This document shows positions 8,658-18,288 of a stretch of DNA of 64,000 nucleotides, piece after piece. The stretch spans positions 3,456,001 through 3,520,000 of the forward strand of contig OZ251997.1 of assembly GCA_965247095.1 (NCBI GenBank), in the 5' to 3' direction. This DNA is from Candidatus Multivorans sp. (GTDB taxonomy: Bacteria > Acidobacteriota > Thermoanaerobaculia > Multivoradales > Multivoraceae). The notes under the pieces were generated by a model that saw only the letters and a list, made by a program, of their open reading frames with translations, made no database searches and was not told where the DNA came from. The position numbers were made by a program, and so were the translations under genes. How positions within the stretch are numbered: the first letter of the stretch is position 1; each line of letters starts with the position of its first letter.

Positions 8658-11600
8658 CTACTTCGGGCGGAAGCGAGTAGCGACATACGTTTCGGCGTCC
8701 CTTTCGCCAAGCCGCACCGTGCCCGGCCCGCTCCGAACGTAGAAATCGCCGTCAGGCCGCTTCTCCAGCACCTTCCACCGCAAGTACACCGGCTCGGGAC
8801 TTCGCTGGCAACTCACGAGACAGACCGTCTTTCCCTCCACGATCTGCGTCTCAGGATCGATGCACGTGCCGGCCCGATCGCCCAAACCGTTGCGTACAAC
8901 CTGCGCCAAGTGCCGCATGAACTTGTCGTCGCTCTCCAGGCGGTCGTGGTCGATGCCGAGCACGTTGCGGTCGTCGTCGACGCCGATGAGGAGGTCCCCG
9001 CCATCGGTGTTGAGGAAGGCGGCGATGGTCTTGAGGGCCGCGTGGGTCACGTGCCGGTCGTCCTTGCGGCCCTCCTTCAGGTTCCAGCGCAGGCTCGACT
9101 TGAACTCGAGCGTCTTCGATTCCTGGAGCTTGAGCAGTTCTTCGGCTCGGCGGTGTCGCTTGATGTAGTCCTCGAACAGGTAGTCCTTGAGGGTCCGGCC
9201 GAAGTCGGGATCGTCGGTGATGCGCTTGTAGAAGTCGAAGTTGGTCTCGACGATTTCCTGGATCTTGTCCTCGACCTTGGGATCGAAGGTGAGCCGCACG
9301 TTCTCGCGGGTGTTCACCCTGGCACTCGCGGTGAGGCCGGCGTCGTGGTCGAGGGCGGATCGGATCTGTTCGAGGGTGACGCGGTGCTCGTCGGTGAGGT
9401 TCAGACCGAAGCGCTCGTTCAGGCCCTCGATGATCCGGGACAGGGCTTCCAACTCCTCGCCGCCGGCGCCGCCTGCAGGCTTGCTCCCGGCGGGCTCGAG
9501 CGGCCGGACTTGCCGTTCGAGCGCAATCCGGCCGCGGCTTGTCGGCTGGATGCGGAAGGACTCCATGTCGATGTTCTGCTGCACCTCGAGGGGCAGGGCC
9601 TCTCGGCCGACGGATAGCAGGCGGCGGAGGTGTCTGGCGAACTGGTAGAGCTTCTCGAGATCGGTATCGGCAAAGGTCAGAACCTGGGAGAGGAAGGCGT
9701 AGAGGCGGGTGTAGTCGGTGAGTTGGCCGAGAAAGTCCTGCGCTTCTTCGTCGACCAGCTCGGCGAAGCGCTGGCGGGCGGGTTCGAGGGCGGCGTAGAT
9801 TCGGTCCTGGGTGGCCTCGGGACCGAAGTACGCCCGCGCGAACGTCTCGATGTCGGCGGTCGCGAACACGCCGAAGTCGACCAGCCGTCCCTGGACTTCG
9901 TACAGCAGGTTGGGGTCGGTCTCTTCGGAGAGGAGGGTGGTCTCGTAGTACGGCTCGAAGGCCTTCTGGATCTCGTCCGGCTCGTTGGCGAAGTCGAGGA
10001 CCATCGTGCCGCCCTTGGCGGGGTGGGTGCGGTTCAGGCGAGACAGCGTCTGGACCGCGTTCACGCCGCCGAGTTTCTTGTCCACGTACATCGTGTGGAG
10101 CAACGGCTGGTCGAAGCCGGTCTGGAACTTGTTGGCGACGATCAGGAAGCGGTACTCGGGCTTGTCGAACGCGGCGGCCGTCTGCCGCTCGCCGATCACC
10201 CGATCCTGCCCGGCCGAGTTCATGCCGGACTCCGTGTAGGACTGGCCGCCGTCCTTGACCGTTCCGGAGAAGGCGACGAGCGCCTTCCAGGGGTGGCCCT
10301 TCTCCTCCACGTAGCGATCCAGGGCGAGCCTGGTGCGCACCGCGTGCAGGCGGGAGCGGGTGACGATCATTGCCTTGGCGCGGCCGCCGATCTCAGGCGC
10401 GACCAACTCGGCGAAGTGCTCCACGCAGATGGCGATCTTCTCTCGGATGGCATGCGAGTGGAGCTCGACGAAGGACTTGAGGAGATGCTCCGCCTTCCGT
10501 TTGTCGTAGCGCGGGTCGCCCTCGATCTTCTTCTTCAGGCGCCAGTACGCCTTGTAGGTCGTGTAACTGCCGAGCACGTCGAGAATGAACCCCTCCTCGA
10601 TCGCCTGGCGCATGCTGTAGAGGTGGAAGGGCTTGAACCTGCCGTCCGGCTGCTTCTCGCCGAAGAGCTCGAGGGTCTTGGGCTTCGGCGTGGCCGTGAA
10701 AGCGAACGTCGAAAGGTTCGGCAGTGGCCCGCGGAGGCGGATCTCCTCGTGGACGCGGTCTTCGAGCTCCTCCTCGGGAGTCAATGCGCCCGCCTCTGCC
10801 TGCTCGGCCTCCTCCAGGCTCTGCGCGTCGAGGACGGCCTTGAGGCTCTTGGTGCTCTCACCGGACTGCGAGGAGTGCGCTTCGTCCGCGATCACCGCGA
10901 AGCGCTTGCCGGGGAGCTGGCCGATCTCATCGGCGATGACCGGGAACTTCTGCAACGTGGTGACGATGATCGTCCGGCCGGCTTCCAGGGCCTCGCGGAG
11001 TTGGCGCGAGGTGTGGTCGATGTTTTCGACCACGCCGAGGGTCTGCTCGAACTGCCGGACGGTCTGCTGGAGCTGGCGGTCGAGCAGTCGACGGTCGGTC
11101 ACCACGACCACCGAATCGAAGACGCGCCGGTCGTCGAGGTCATGCAGCACCGAGAGCTGGTGGGCGAGCCAGGCGATCGTGTAGCTCTTGCCGCTGCCGG
11201 CCGAATGCTGGATCAGGTAACGCTCGCCCGGGCCGTGGTTGCGCGCGTGGCTGACGAGCCGGCGCACACAGTCGAGCTGCTGGTAGCGCGGGAAGATGAG
11301 GAAACGCTTGCCAGTCCTGCGCCCGCGATCATCTTCCTCCGTGACCTCCTGGATGAACTGGCGAAGGAGGTCGAGGATGCTGTCGCGGGCCCAGATCCGC
11401 TCCCACAGGTAGTCGGTGGGGTAGCCCTGGCGGGTGAGCGGGACGGCCGGGTTTCCCGCGCCGCCGTAGCGGCCCTGGTTGAAGGGCAGAAACCGGGTCT
11501 TGGGCCCCGCGAGGTGCGTGGTCACGAACACCTGTTCCGGGTCCACGGCGAAGTGGGCAAGGCAGCGTCCGTAGCCGAACAGCGGTTCCCGCGGATCCCG

Positions 11601-12194
11601 ATCGTTCTTGTACTGCCGGATGGCGTCGTCGACGGTCTGTCCAGTGAGTGGGTTCTTGAGTTCGGCCGTGAAGATGGGAATGCCGTTCAGGAAAAGCCCC
11701 AGGTCGACGCTCTCCTCGTTCTTCTCGCTGAAGTGGAGCTGGCGTACGACGGCGAAGAGGTTGGCGGCGTGCAGGCGCTGGAGTTCCTCGTTGAGGCCGC
11801 TTGCCGGTTGGAAGTACGCGAGCCGGAACTTGCAGCCCGAGTCTCTGACGCCGTTCCGCAGCACGTCGAGGGCGCCGCGGCGGGCGATCTCGCGTGACAG
11901 GCGGCCCAGGAAGCGCGGCTTCAGGTCGGCGCCGTAGTGCTGCTTGAGCTTCGTCCACTCCTTTGGCTGGGTGGCCAGGAGGAAGTCGAGGACATCGGGC
12001 GGGACCAGGCAGAGGGCGCGGTCGTAGTCCTTGGGCCGGCGCTTGTGGAAGCCGCCGGGCAGCGGGTCGTGGCCGTATGACGCGGCGGACTCGCGCAGTT
12101 CGGTGACGTCGTCCGGGTGGGCGTCGGGGCCGTGCTGGAGGAGGGCGCGCTCGATGGCCTGCTCGAAGCCGCGTTCTGAGATCTCGGGAGTCAT
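8658..12194 (-). CDS. hsdR: Type I restriction endonuclease subunit R with C-terminal Schlafen/AlbA_2 domain
   Basis: DLGLFLNGIPIFTAELKN nuclease motif, SAGSGKS, DEAH, FTATPK, QTLSRLNR; last ~160 aa ESKTLEFKSS...IAAFLNTDGGDLLIGVDD. Confidence 0.92.
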   Translation of the reverse strand: MTPEISERGFEQAIERALLQHGPDAHPDDVTELRESAASYGHDPLPGGFHKRRPKDYDRALCLVPPDVLDFLLATQPKEWTKLKQHYGADLKPRFLGRLSREIARRGALDVLRNGVRDSGCKFRLAYFQPASGLNEELQRLHAANLFAVVRQLHFSEKNEESVDLGLFLNGIPIFTAELKNPLTGQTVDDAIRQYKNDRDPREPLFGYGRCLAHFAVDPEQVFVTTHLAGPKTRFLPFNQGRYGGAGNPAVPLTRQGYPTDYLWERIWARDSILDLLRQFIQEVTEEDDRGRRTGKRFLIFPRYQQLDCVRRLVSHARNHGPGERYLIQHSAGSGKSYTIAWLAHQLSVLHDLDDRRVFDSVVVVTDRRLLDRQLQQTVRQFEQTLGVVENIDHTSRQLREALEAGRTIIVTTLQKFPVIADEIGQLPGKRFAVIADEAHSSQSGESTKSLKAVLDAQSLEEAEQAEAGALTPEEELEDRVHEEIRLRGPLPNLSTFAFTATPKPKTLELFGEKQPDGRFKPFHLYSMRQAIEEGFILDVLGSYTTYKAYWRLKKKIEGDPRYDKRKAEHLLKSFVELHSHAIREKIAICVEHFAELVAPEIGGRAKAMIVTRSRLHAVRTRLALDRYVEEKGHPWKALVAFSGTVKDGGQSYTESGMNSAGQDRVIGERQTAAAFDKPEYRFLIVANKFQTGFDQPLLHTMYVDKKLGGVNAVQTLSRLNRTHPAKGGTMVLDFANEPDEIQKAFEPYYETTLLSEETDPNLLYEVQGRLVDFGVFATADIETFARAYFGPEATQDRIYAALEPARQRFAELVDEEAQDFLGQLTDYTRLYAFLSQVLTFADTDLEKLYQFARHLRRLLSVGREALPLEVQQNIDMESFRIQPTSRGRIALERQVRPLEPAGSKPAGGAGGEELEALSRIIEGLNERFGLNLTDEHRVTLEQIRSALDHDAGLTASARVNTRENVRLTFDPKVEDKIQEIVETNFDFYKRITDDPDFGRTLKDYLFEDYIKRHRRAEELLKLQESKTLEFKSSLRWNLKEGRKDDRHVTHAALKTIAAFLNTDGGDLLIGVDDDRNVLGIDHDRLESDDKFMRHLAQVVRNGLGDRAGTCIDPETQIVEGKTVCLVSCQRSPEPVYLRWKVLEKRPDGDFYVRSGPGTVRLGERDAETYVATRFRPK

Positions 12195-12257
12195 GGGACG
12201 TTCAGAGCGCAGCCGGACACGGCGCCGGTTGGGTTGTGCGATACTATGAGTGGTACT

Positions 12258-12512
12258 ATGCGTGGGAAGCACCGGCGAACCCTGGAGAGAATGCGCACGC
12301 GGCCAACGCCGGCGGACATCCGCTGGACGGACCTCGTAGCCATGCTCCAGGCCGCTGGTGTCCAGGTCTCGGAGCGCTCCGGGTCGAGAGTGCTCCTGAA
12401 GCAGGACGCGGAGCGGATGATTGTGCATCGGCCGCATCCAACACGGGTACTGGGCCGCGGGGCGGTGCGCGCCATCGTCGCCTTTCTCGATGCTGGAGGA
12501 GTGGAACCATGA
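12258..12512 (+). CDS. hicA: HicA family toxin
   Basis: IRWTDL, ERSGSRV, HRPHP motif; 84 aa; overlaps hicB. Confidence 0.88.
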   Translation: MRGKHRRTLERMRTRPTPADIRWTDLVAMLQAAGVQVSERSGSRVLLKQDAERMIVHRPHPTRVLGRGAVRAIVAFLDAGGVEP

Positions 12513-12841
12513 TGAAGTACAAGGACTACGTTGCTGCCGTCGAATTCGACGATTCGGTGGGCCGTCTGCACGGCTGGGTCGTCAACAGCGGCCCCTATCC
12601 CATCGCGACGTTCGAAGCGATCGATGTTGACGGGCTTCGACGGGAGTTCGAGCGCTCCGTCGACGAGTACTTGGCGTCGTGCGCGGAGGATGGCGTCGAG
12701 CCGCGAAAGCCGTTCTCCGGCGTCCTCAACCTGCGGCTTGGACCCGACCTGCATCAACGAGCCGCCCTTTCCGCCGGCGCTCTCGGTGTGAGCCTGAACA
12801 GTTGGATCAAGCAGGCCGTCGAGGAGAAGGCTCTTCACTGA
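12509..12841 (+). CDS. hicB: HicB family antitoxin
   Basis: MKYKDY, FERSVDEYL, PRKPFSGVLNLRL, SLNSWI (RHH). Confidence 0.9.
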   Translation: MMKYKDYVAAVEFDDSVGRLHGWVVNSGPYPIATFEAIDVDGLRREFERSVDEYLASCAEDGVEPRKPFSGVLNLRLGPDLHQRAALSAGALGVSLNSWIKQAVEEKALH

Positions 12842-12888
12842 CTGCGCGGGATAGCGGAACCGGAAGGCGAGGGCCAAGAGTCGTGTCG

Positions 12889-12943
12889 TGTCACAGCTCA
12901 ATGTCACAGCTTGTCGCAGCTCATGTCACACCTTGTCGCAGCT
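12889..12943. repeat. Five imperfect direct repeats of TGTC(A/G)CA(G/C)CT
   Basis: Units start at 12889, 12902, 12912, 12924, 12934. Confidence 0.65.
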
Positions 12944-13111
12944 TTGACCTCGGCCCCGCGAACCTCTCCGTCAACCCGCCACGACGCGCCCAGCTTCTGA
13001 TCAGATGGGTCCAGCCCTCCGCGAATGTCGCCTGTTCCAGCACTGTTGCGCCCGCTTGGTCCGCGAGAGGTTGGCGGTGATCGCGGGGGTTGACTGTGCG
13101 CGACTGGAAGC

Positions 13112-14488
13112 TCATCGAGGTGCTGCCTCACGCACGTCGATCTTGCCGGTGACCGCGGCGGAGATGAGAGCGGTGCGGAGTTCCTTGAAGTGGCGGATTG
13201 CTTCCTCAACCTTGGCAACTAGGAGATGGACGCGGAGACACTCCTTCTGGATGTGAGCGACGATGTTGCCTTGCTCATCAACTCGTGGCACAGGCGTCGT
13301 GAGTGTCTTCACTTCGGGCATCCCGATCGTACGCAGTGTGGCGCCCATCGTTAGTCGCTCAAGCTCGCTCCGCATGGCGTCGAAGACGCGCAGCAGGTAC
13401 TCGGGACTCACGGCCTCGCTGCAAAGCCAAGCTATGAAGTGCTGCGACACGGCCGTCGAGCGCTCGGTTATCGCACAGAGGCCAATCGTTGCGTCGCGCG
13501 AGAAGACGACCGACCGTGGCGGAAGCAGGCGGGCCGACGAGTTGGCTAGCCCGAGTTCGTTCGTGTAGTACGCCGTGTCGCCGATGTAATCGTGATTCTT
13601 GAGGTAGCCAGTATCGTTCAGCGAAACCCAGGGAATGTCCCCGTCGTTCCAGTAGGCGTCGACTTTCTTGTCTGGAGTATGGCCGCTCTCCATTCGAGCG
13701 ACCCATTTCACACGCTTCACATCCCAGTGCATCGGGATCTCGCCCAGCCACTCGACGCCGGAGTCCTTCATGGGGACTTTGGGGTCGAGGCCCCGGGTGA
13801 CGACGCGGGTGATGAGGGCGGTCCGTTTCTCCTTAAGCAGCTCGATCAGCCGCTCCTTCTTCGCCACTAGCGCATCGATCTTCGCTGTCTCGCGGTCGAG
13901 GAAATCAGCGATTGCTTGTTGCTCGGAGAAGGAGGGTAGAGGATGGCGGAAGTTGCGAACAAAGTTACCGGAGATTCGCTTCTGGCCGCCCGCGCCATAC
14001 ATGGAGGCTTCTCCGATGAGGCGGAAGTGGTTGCCGAAAGTCAGGTAGAGAAGGAAACGAGCTTCCACCTCGGAAGACGGACGTAGCACGTGGAGCTCGG
14101 TCGTTCCGAAGCCGACGCTACTGGAGAGGCCTTTGGCTAGAGCGCCCTTACCGTTCTCGAAGCACGGCGTGATCTTGGCAACGATGACGTCTCCGTCGCG
14201 GAAGTACGTGTAGCCGTCGAGGACCTCTGAGAGCGGTTTGGTCGAATCGAGGCTCAGGCCGCCGTACTCGCGGATCGCTTCCATCGGAACAAAAGAAACC
14301 TCGGTCTCGGGATTGAAGGTGCTTACCTCTTTCTTGCTGAGTCTCGTTTCAACGACGAACCGGAGCCGCGTAGAGTCCCAGTGCGCCGGAATCTCCGGCA
14401 GCCACTCGATGTCGGGGTCCCTGTATTCTGGGTACCGCTGAAAGCGTCGCCGGGCCTCCTCCTCGGTCCAGTGGGTAATCTCGGTCAT
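13112..14488 (-). CDS. hsdS: Type I R-M specificity subunit S
   Basis: Two TRDs with conserved EWLPEIPAHW / DSGVEWLGEIPMHW, EQQAIADFLDRETAKID, LISAAVTGKIDVR. Confidence 0.93.
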   Translation of the reverse strand: MTEITHWTEEEARRRFQRYPEYRDPDIEWLPEIPAHWDSTRLRFVVETRLSKKEVSTFNPETEVSFVPMEAIREYGGLSLDSTKPLSEVLDGYTYFRDGDVIVAKITPCFENGKGALAKGLSSSVGFGTTELHVLRPSSEVEARFLLYLTFGNHFRLIGEASMYGAGGQKRISGNFVRNFRHPLPSFSEQQAIADFLDRETAKIDALVAKKERLIELLKEKRTALITRVVTRGLDPKVPMKDSGVEWLGEIPMHWDVKRVKWVARMESGHTPDKKVDAYWNDGDIPWVSLNDTGYLKNHDYIGDTAYYTNELGLANSSARLLPPRSVVFSRDATIGLCAITERSTAVSQHFIAWLCSEAVSPEYLLRVFDAMRSELERLTMGATLRTIGMPEVKTLTTPVPRVDEQGNIVAHIQKECLRVHLLVAKVEEAIRHFKELRTALISAAVTGKIDVREAAPR

Positions 14489-15444
14489 GGCTCTTCGCCT
14501 CCGGTCAGAGCCTGAAGTCCCGCTCGCCATGGCCCGCGGGGGGGCCAGACCTGCGTGAACGGCCTCCCCCCAATGAGGCTGTCGCAGACCGGACCCAGAA
14601 AGGTCCGCAACTCCTCGCCAGCGTCAACGAGGTGAGCCGGCCCATCGGCCTTTGGCCCTATCCGCCTCCGCAGCACCTGCCACCTCTGGTCTCGCTCGGT
14701 GTCCTCGTAGTACTCAGGCAGCAGAGCCACCGGCCTCTCACTGGCGAACGATGTTCGCCGGCGCCGGAAGGTCTCCTCAACCGCGGTTCGCACCGTCTCG
14801 CCGTCGAACGCGAAGAGGCGAGCGAGACAGGCGATGTCCCAGAGATCCTTCACGCGGGTGTTCGTCGTACCGAGGCGCACCATCGCGTCGAGCTTCTCGG
14901 CCAGAAGAGTCTCCCGCGGGTAGGTCCAGAGGCGCGGGGCGGGCAGGTCGAGAAGGGTGGGATAGTCCCGCTCCTGACGCTCGGGCGTGATGACGTCACC
15001 AAAGCCGATGTCCGCCTGGAGGTGGAGTCGCGCCTGGCCGAGCCCGCCCTCCATCCGCACGCGCACACCGCCGTGGGGCTGGTCGTCACGGATGTCGTGC
15101 ATACGGATCGTCGCCGGGTCGAAGACGACGCCGTCCTGGGGGCATGGCGCTGCGCAGATCGCTTCAAAGGAGGTCCGCAAGGCCGCATGGTCTTCGGGCC
15201 CGGACGAGAGAAAGTCGATGTCCCGGGTGGGTCGCAGTTCCTGTCCGGTCCATACCCGGAAGAGAGCCGCCCCCTTCAGGGTGAATCGATCCACCTCATG
15301 GGAGGTGGCGAGGCGGTACAGGAAGCGCTCCATCGCGTAGCGCTGGAGCAGGAGATTGAAGCGAGTCCCCTGGCGGTGGGCAAGGTTCAGCAGGCGCTGG
15401 TGAATGGATGCGGGAACGTTGCGGATCTCCCTCTTGCGGGTCAT
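14485..15444 (-). CDS. abiEii: AbiEii type IV toxin (nucleotidyltransferase)
   Basis: ASIHQRL, YAMERFLYRL, LKGAAL, RPTRDIDF, AEKLDA, RVKDLWD. Confidence 0.9.
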   Translation of the reverse strand: MTRKREIRNVPASIHQRLLNLAHRQGTRFNLLLQRYAMERFLYRLATSHEVDRFTLKGAALFRVWTGQELRPTRDIDFLSSGPEDHAALRTSFEAICAAPCPQDGVVFDPATIRMHDIRDDQPHGGVRVRMEGGLGQARLHLQADIGFGDVITPERQERDYPTLLDLPAPRLWTYPRETLLAEKLDAMVRLGTTNTRVKDLWDIACLARLFAFDGETVRTAVEETFRRRRTSFASERPVALLPEYYEDTERDQRWQVLRRRIGPKADGPAHLVDAGEELRTFLGPVCDSLIGGRPFTQVWPPRGPWRAGLQALTGGEEP

Positions 15445-16097
15445 GCCGACAGAGCCTCCAGCACCGGACCGACCAGCGACTTGGCGCGGCAGACCTCCGC
15501 AGCCCGCCAGATCTCGTCGGCGGTTGCCTTGCGGTCGCCCAGGGCGTCGCGAAGTGCCTCCAGCGCCACGTCTTTCCCGACTAGCCTGCGGAAGCGAAAG
15601 CAGTCCACGACCGTTCGGGCCGGGCTCGTGATGCGCGTCGGAACCCCCTCGAAGGTTGCCCTCACGACCCCGTAGTGGAGCGAAGCGCCGGAGAAGCGAA
15701 CGATCTTGACCGGTAGCTCGCCAAGTTGAGGGGCTCTGGCCTTGTGCGGAATGGCGATCCACTCCTGCCACGGGAGCTGGGTCCCAAGGCCGTGGACGCT
15801 GAGCGCGGACAGCAGGCAGACAATGGCGCCCGGGACCCGCGCGCAAACTGCGGCCAGGGTGTAGTGCTCGGTGGGTTCCATGTCGGCGAGCCGGTAGAGA
15901 CCACGGGCAACTCTCTCGACCGAACCGGCATCCACGAGTTGCCGCAGTTGGCGGGAGTGGACGCCCAGTTGGGCTGCATCGCGCTGGCGGAAGAAGCCCC
16001 TGGCGCCGAGGCTCTGCCGGGCGGTGCCGCTCAGCCGGGTACGCCGGTCGGAAGTGTCGGCAACTGTGGATAGTTGCCTGCTGTTCTCAACGGCCAT
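15441..16097 (-). CDS. abiEi: AbiEi type IV antitoxin
   Basis: VERVARGLY, VCLLSALSVHGL, TSPARTVVDCFRFR; ATGA overlap with abiEii. Confidence 0.88.
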   Translation of the reverse strand: MAVENSRQLSTVADTSDRRTRLSGTARQSLGARGFFRQRDAAQLGVHSRQLRQLVDAGSVERVARGLYRLADMEPTEHYTLAAVCARVPGAIVCLLSALSVHGLGTQLPWQEWIAIPHKARAPQLGELPVKIVRFSGASLHYGVVRATFEGVPTRITSPARTVVDCFRFRRLVGKDVALEALRDALGDRKATADEIWRAAEVCRAKSLVGPVLEALSA

Positions 16098-16103
16098 GCC
16101 GAG

Positions 16104-16163
16104 AGCCTAGGCCGCCGTGCTCCAGCGTGTCAAGTTGTCGGCAGATATCCGTGAGTGCCGACA
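16104..16163 (-). promoter_or_regulatory. Sigma70-like promoter (TTGACA-N18-TAGGCT) with adjacent inverted repeat TGTCGGCA-N12-TGCCGACA
   Basis: -35 at 16133-16128, -10 at 16109-16104, perfect 8-bp IR at 16136-16163; second partial IR at 16055-16082. Confidence 0.6.
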
Positions 16164-16173
16164 TTTCGATGCT

Positions 16174-18288
16174 TCAGCTTGCCATCTCTTGCAACATCTC
16201 GGCGATCTCGCTCTCCACCCGCTGGATATCGGCTTCGATCTCCTCCAGCGGCCGCGGCGGACGGTACTCGTAGAAGTAGCGGTTGAAGTTGATCTCGTAG
16301 CCGACCATGCCGACCTTCCCGTCCTTGTCATCCTGGCGGTTTGTGTCGATCCAGGCGTCGGGAACGTGGGGCTTGACCTCGCGCTCGAAGAACGACTCGA
16401 CGCTCTCCGAAAGGGGCACGTTCTCGGTGTCGCGGAGGGCCGGGTCGGGCTCGGGGCGGCCTTTCCGGTCGCGGCAGATCTTCGCCTTCTCGTTGCGCTC
16501 GGAGAGGGCGGCGAGAACGGCTTTCCTGATGGGTGCGGTGAGTTTCAGATCGGCTGCTTGGATTGCCCGGTCGAGTTCGGCTTCGAAGACCGCCCTGTCC
16601 AGGAACTGCCGATCGGGCAGCGTCTCCAGCAGAGCGCGAATCGCTGACTGCTTCTGTCTTCCGGCTTGCTCGTCCTTCGCCTTGGCTTCGGGGTCCCTCT
16701 TGCGGGAAACCGCCAGGTTGGCGAAGGCGCGCTGGTTGTCCAGCAGAGGAATCCGCTCGGGGCTGGCCTGGAAGTCGAGCCGGAGCGGCCGTTCGACGGT
16801 GATTTTGCGGAAGCCGAAGTGCGTGGTCGGATAAATGCGGCTGACGACGACTTCCCGCTCCTCGCCATTCTCGACGACCGTTCGGGTGGCGCCGTCCTCG
16901 TAGTCCCGGAGCAGCCGCAGGATGTCTTCCTTCCGCTCGAACGGGATCTCGCGGCGCTTCGCGCCCAGGCTCTTGCGCAGCAGCACCCAGAACGAGGTGG
17001 CGTCGATGAGTTGGACCTTGCCGCGGCGCTCGGAGCGCTTCCGGTTTGTCAGCACCCAGATGTAGGTGGCGATGCCCGTGTTGTAGAAGAGCTGCTCGGG
17101 GAGCGCGATGAGCGCCTCAAGCAGGTCGTTCTCGAGGATGAAGCGGCGGATCTCGCTCTCGCCGCTGCCGGCGTCGCCGGTGAAGAGGGGGGAGCCATTC
17201 ATGATGATCGCGATCCGCGATCCGCCCTGGTCCGGCGCCTTCGCGTGCGCCAGCATGTGGAGCAGGAACAGGAGTTGCCCGTCGCTGATCCGCGGCAGGC
17301 CCGGCGCAAAGCGGCCGGCGGCGCCCCGGTCGTGTTCGGTCCGCACCGCGTCCTGGTCGCGCTTCCAGTCCTTGCCGTAGGGCGGATTGGCGATCATGTA
17401 GTCGAAGCCGCTTCCGGCGTGCCGGTCGTTCGAGAGCGTGCTCCCGAACAGGATGTTGTTCGCGTCGCCGCCGTCCTCCGACTTCATGAAGAGGTCCGAC
17501 TTGCAGAGGGCGAAGGTCTCGGGGTTCACTTCCTGGCCGAACAGGTGGATGTCGGCGTCCGGGTTCACGGGGTCGCCCAGGTGCTTGCCGTCTCGTAGTT
17601 CGCCCTGGGTCGTGTGCTCCTTGGCGATGGTGAGCATGCCGCCGGAGCCGCAGCAAGGGTCGTAGATGCTGCGCGCAGCGCCCTCAGTCCGCAGCCCCTC
17701 TTCGTCGCCGGCGAGCATCAGGTCCACCATGAGATGGACCACGTCGCGGGGCGTGAAGTGCTCGCCGGGGTTCTCGTTCAGCGCCTCGTTGAACTTGCGG
17801 ATGAGCTCCTCGAAGATCGTGCCCATCGTGAAGTTGTCGATCTCGTCCGGGTGCAGATTGACCCTGGGGTCGCCGAACCGCTGCATGACCTGGAACAGCA
17901 GGCCCGACTCGTCGAGCTTGGAAATCGTGTTGTCGAAGTCGAACTTCTCCAGTACCTCGCGCATGTTGGGGCTGAAGCCGGCGATGTAGGCGCGCAGGTT
18001 CTTCGCGATATCGGGCGCGTCGGCGAGGAGCTTCCCGAAGTCGTACCGGGACGTGTTGTAGAACGCGTATCCGGAGGCGCGGCGGAGCAGCCGTTCGGGA
18101 TTGTCGAGCTTGCCCCGGTACTGGGCTTGGACCTCCATCACCCTCGCCTTGGTGGGCGCCAGCACGCAGTCGAGCCGGCGCAGCACGGTGAGCGGCAGGA
18201 TCACGTCCTGGTACTTGCCGCGCTTGAAGGTGTCGCGGATCAGGTCCGCGACGCCCCAAAGGAAGCTGACGATCTGGCTGTGGTTCAT
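16174..18288 (-). CDS. hsdM: Type I R-M N6-adenine methyltransferase subunit M
   Basis: GEHFTPRDVV, YDPCCGSGGML, GQEVN, NPPY, GYEINFNRYFY. Confidence 0.95.
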   Translation of the reverse strand: MNHSQIVSFLWGVADLIRDTFKRGKYQDVILPLTVLRRLDCVLAPTKARVMEVQAQYRGKLDNPERLLRRASGYAFYNTSRYDFGKLLADAPDIAKNLRAYIAGFSPNMREVLEKFDFDNTISKLDESGLLFQVMQRFGDPRVNLHPDEIDNFTMGTIFEELIRKFNEALNENPGEHFTPRDVVHLMVDLMLAGDEEGLRTEGAARSIYDPCCGSGGMLTIAKEHTTQGELRDGKHLGDPVNPDADIHLFGQEVNPETFALCKSDLFMKSEDGGDANNILFGSTLSNDRHAGSGFDYMIANPPYGKDWKRDQDAVRTEHDRGAAGRFAPGLPRISDGQLLFLLHMLAHAKAPDQGGSRIAIIMNGSPLFTGDAGSGESEIRRFILENDLLEALIALPEQLFYNTGIATYIWVLTNRKRSERRGKVQLIDATSFWVLLRKSLGAKRREIPFERKEDILRLLRDYEDGATRTVVENGEEREVVVSRIYPTTHFGFRKITVERPLRLDFQASPERIPLLDNQRAFANLAVSRKRDPEAKAKDEQAGRQKQSAIRALLETLPDRQFLDRAVFEAELDRAIQAADLKLTAPIRKAVLAALSERNEKAKICRDRKGRPEPDPALRDTENVPLSESVESFFEREVKPHVPDAWIDTNRQDDKDGKVGMVGYEINFNRYFYEYRPPRPLEEIEADIQRVESEIAEMLQEMAS

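Noticed and set aside
12889-12943. Possible mini CRISPR array
   Set aside because: Units are 10 bp with no spacers and no cas genes
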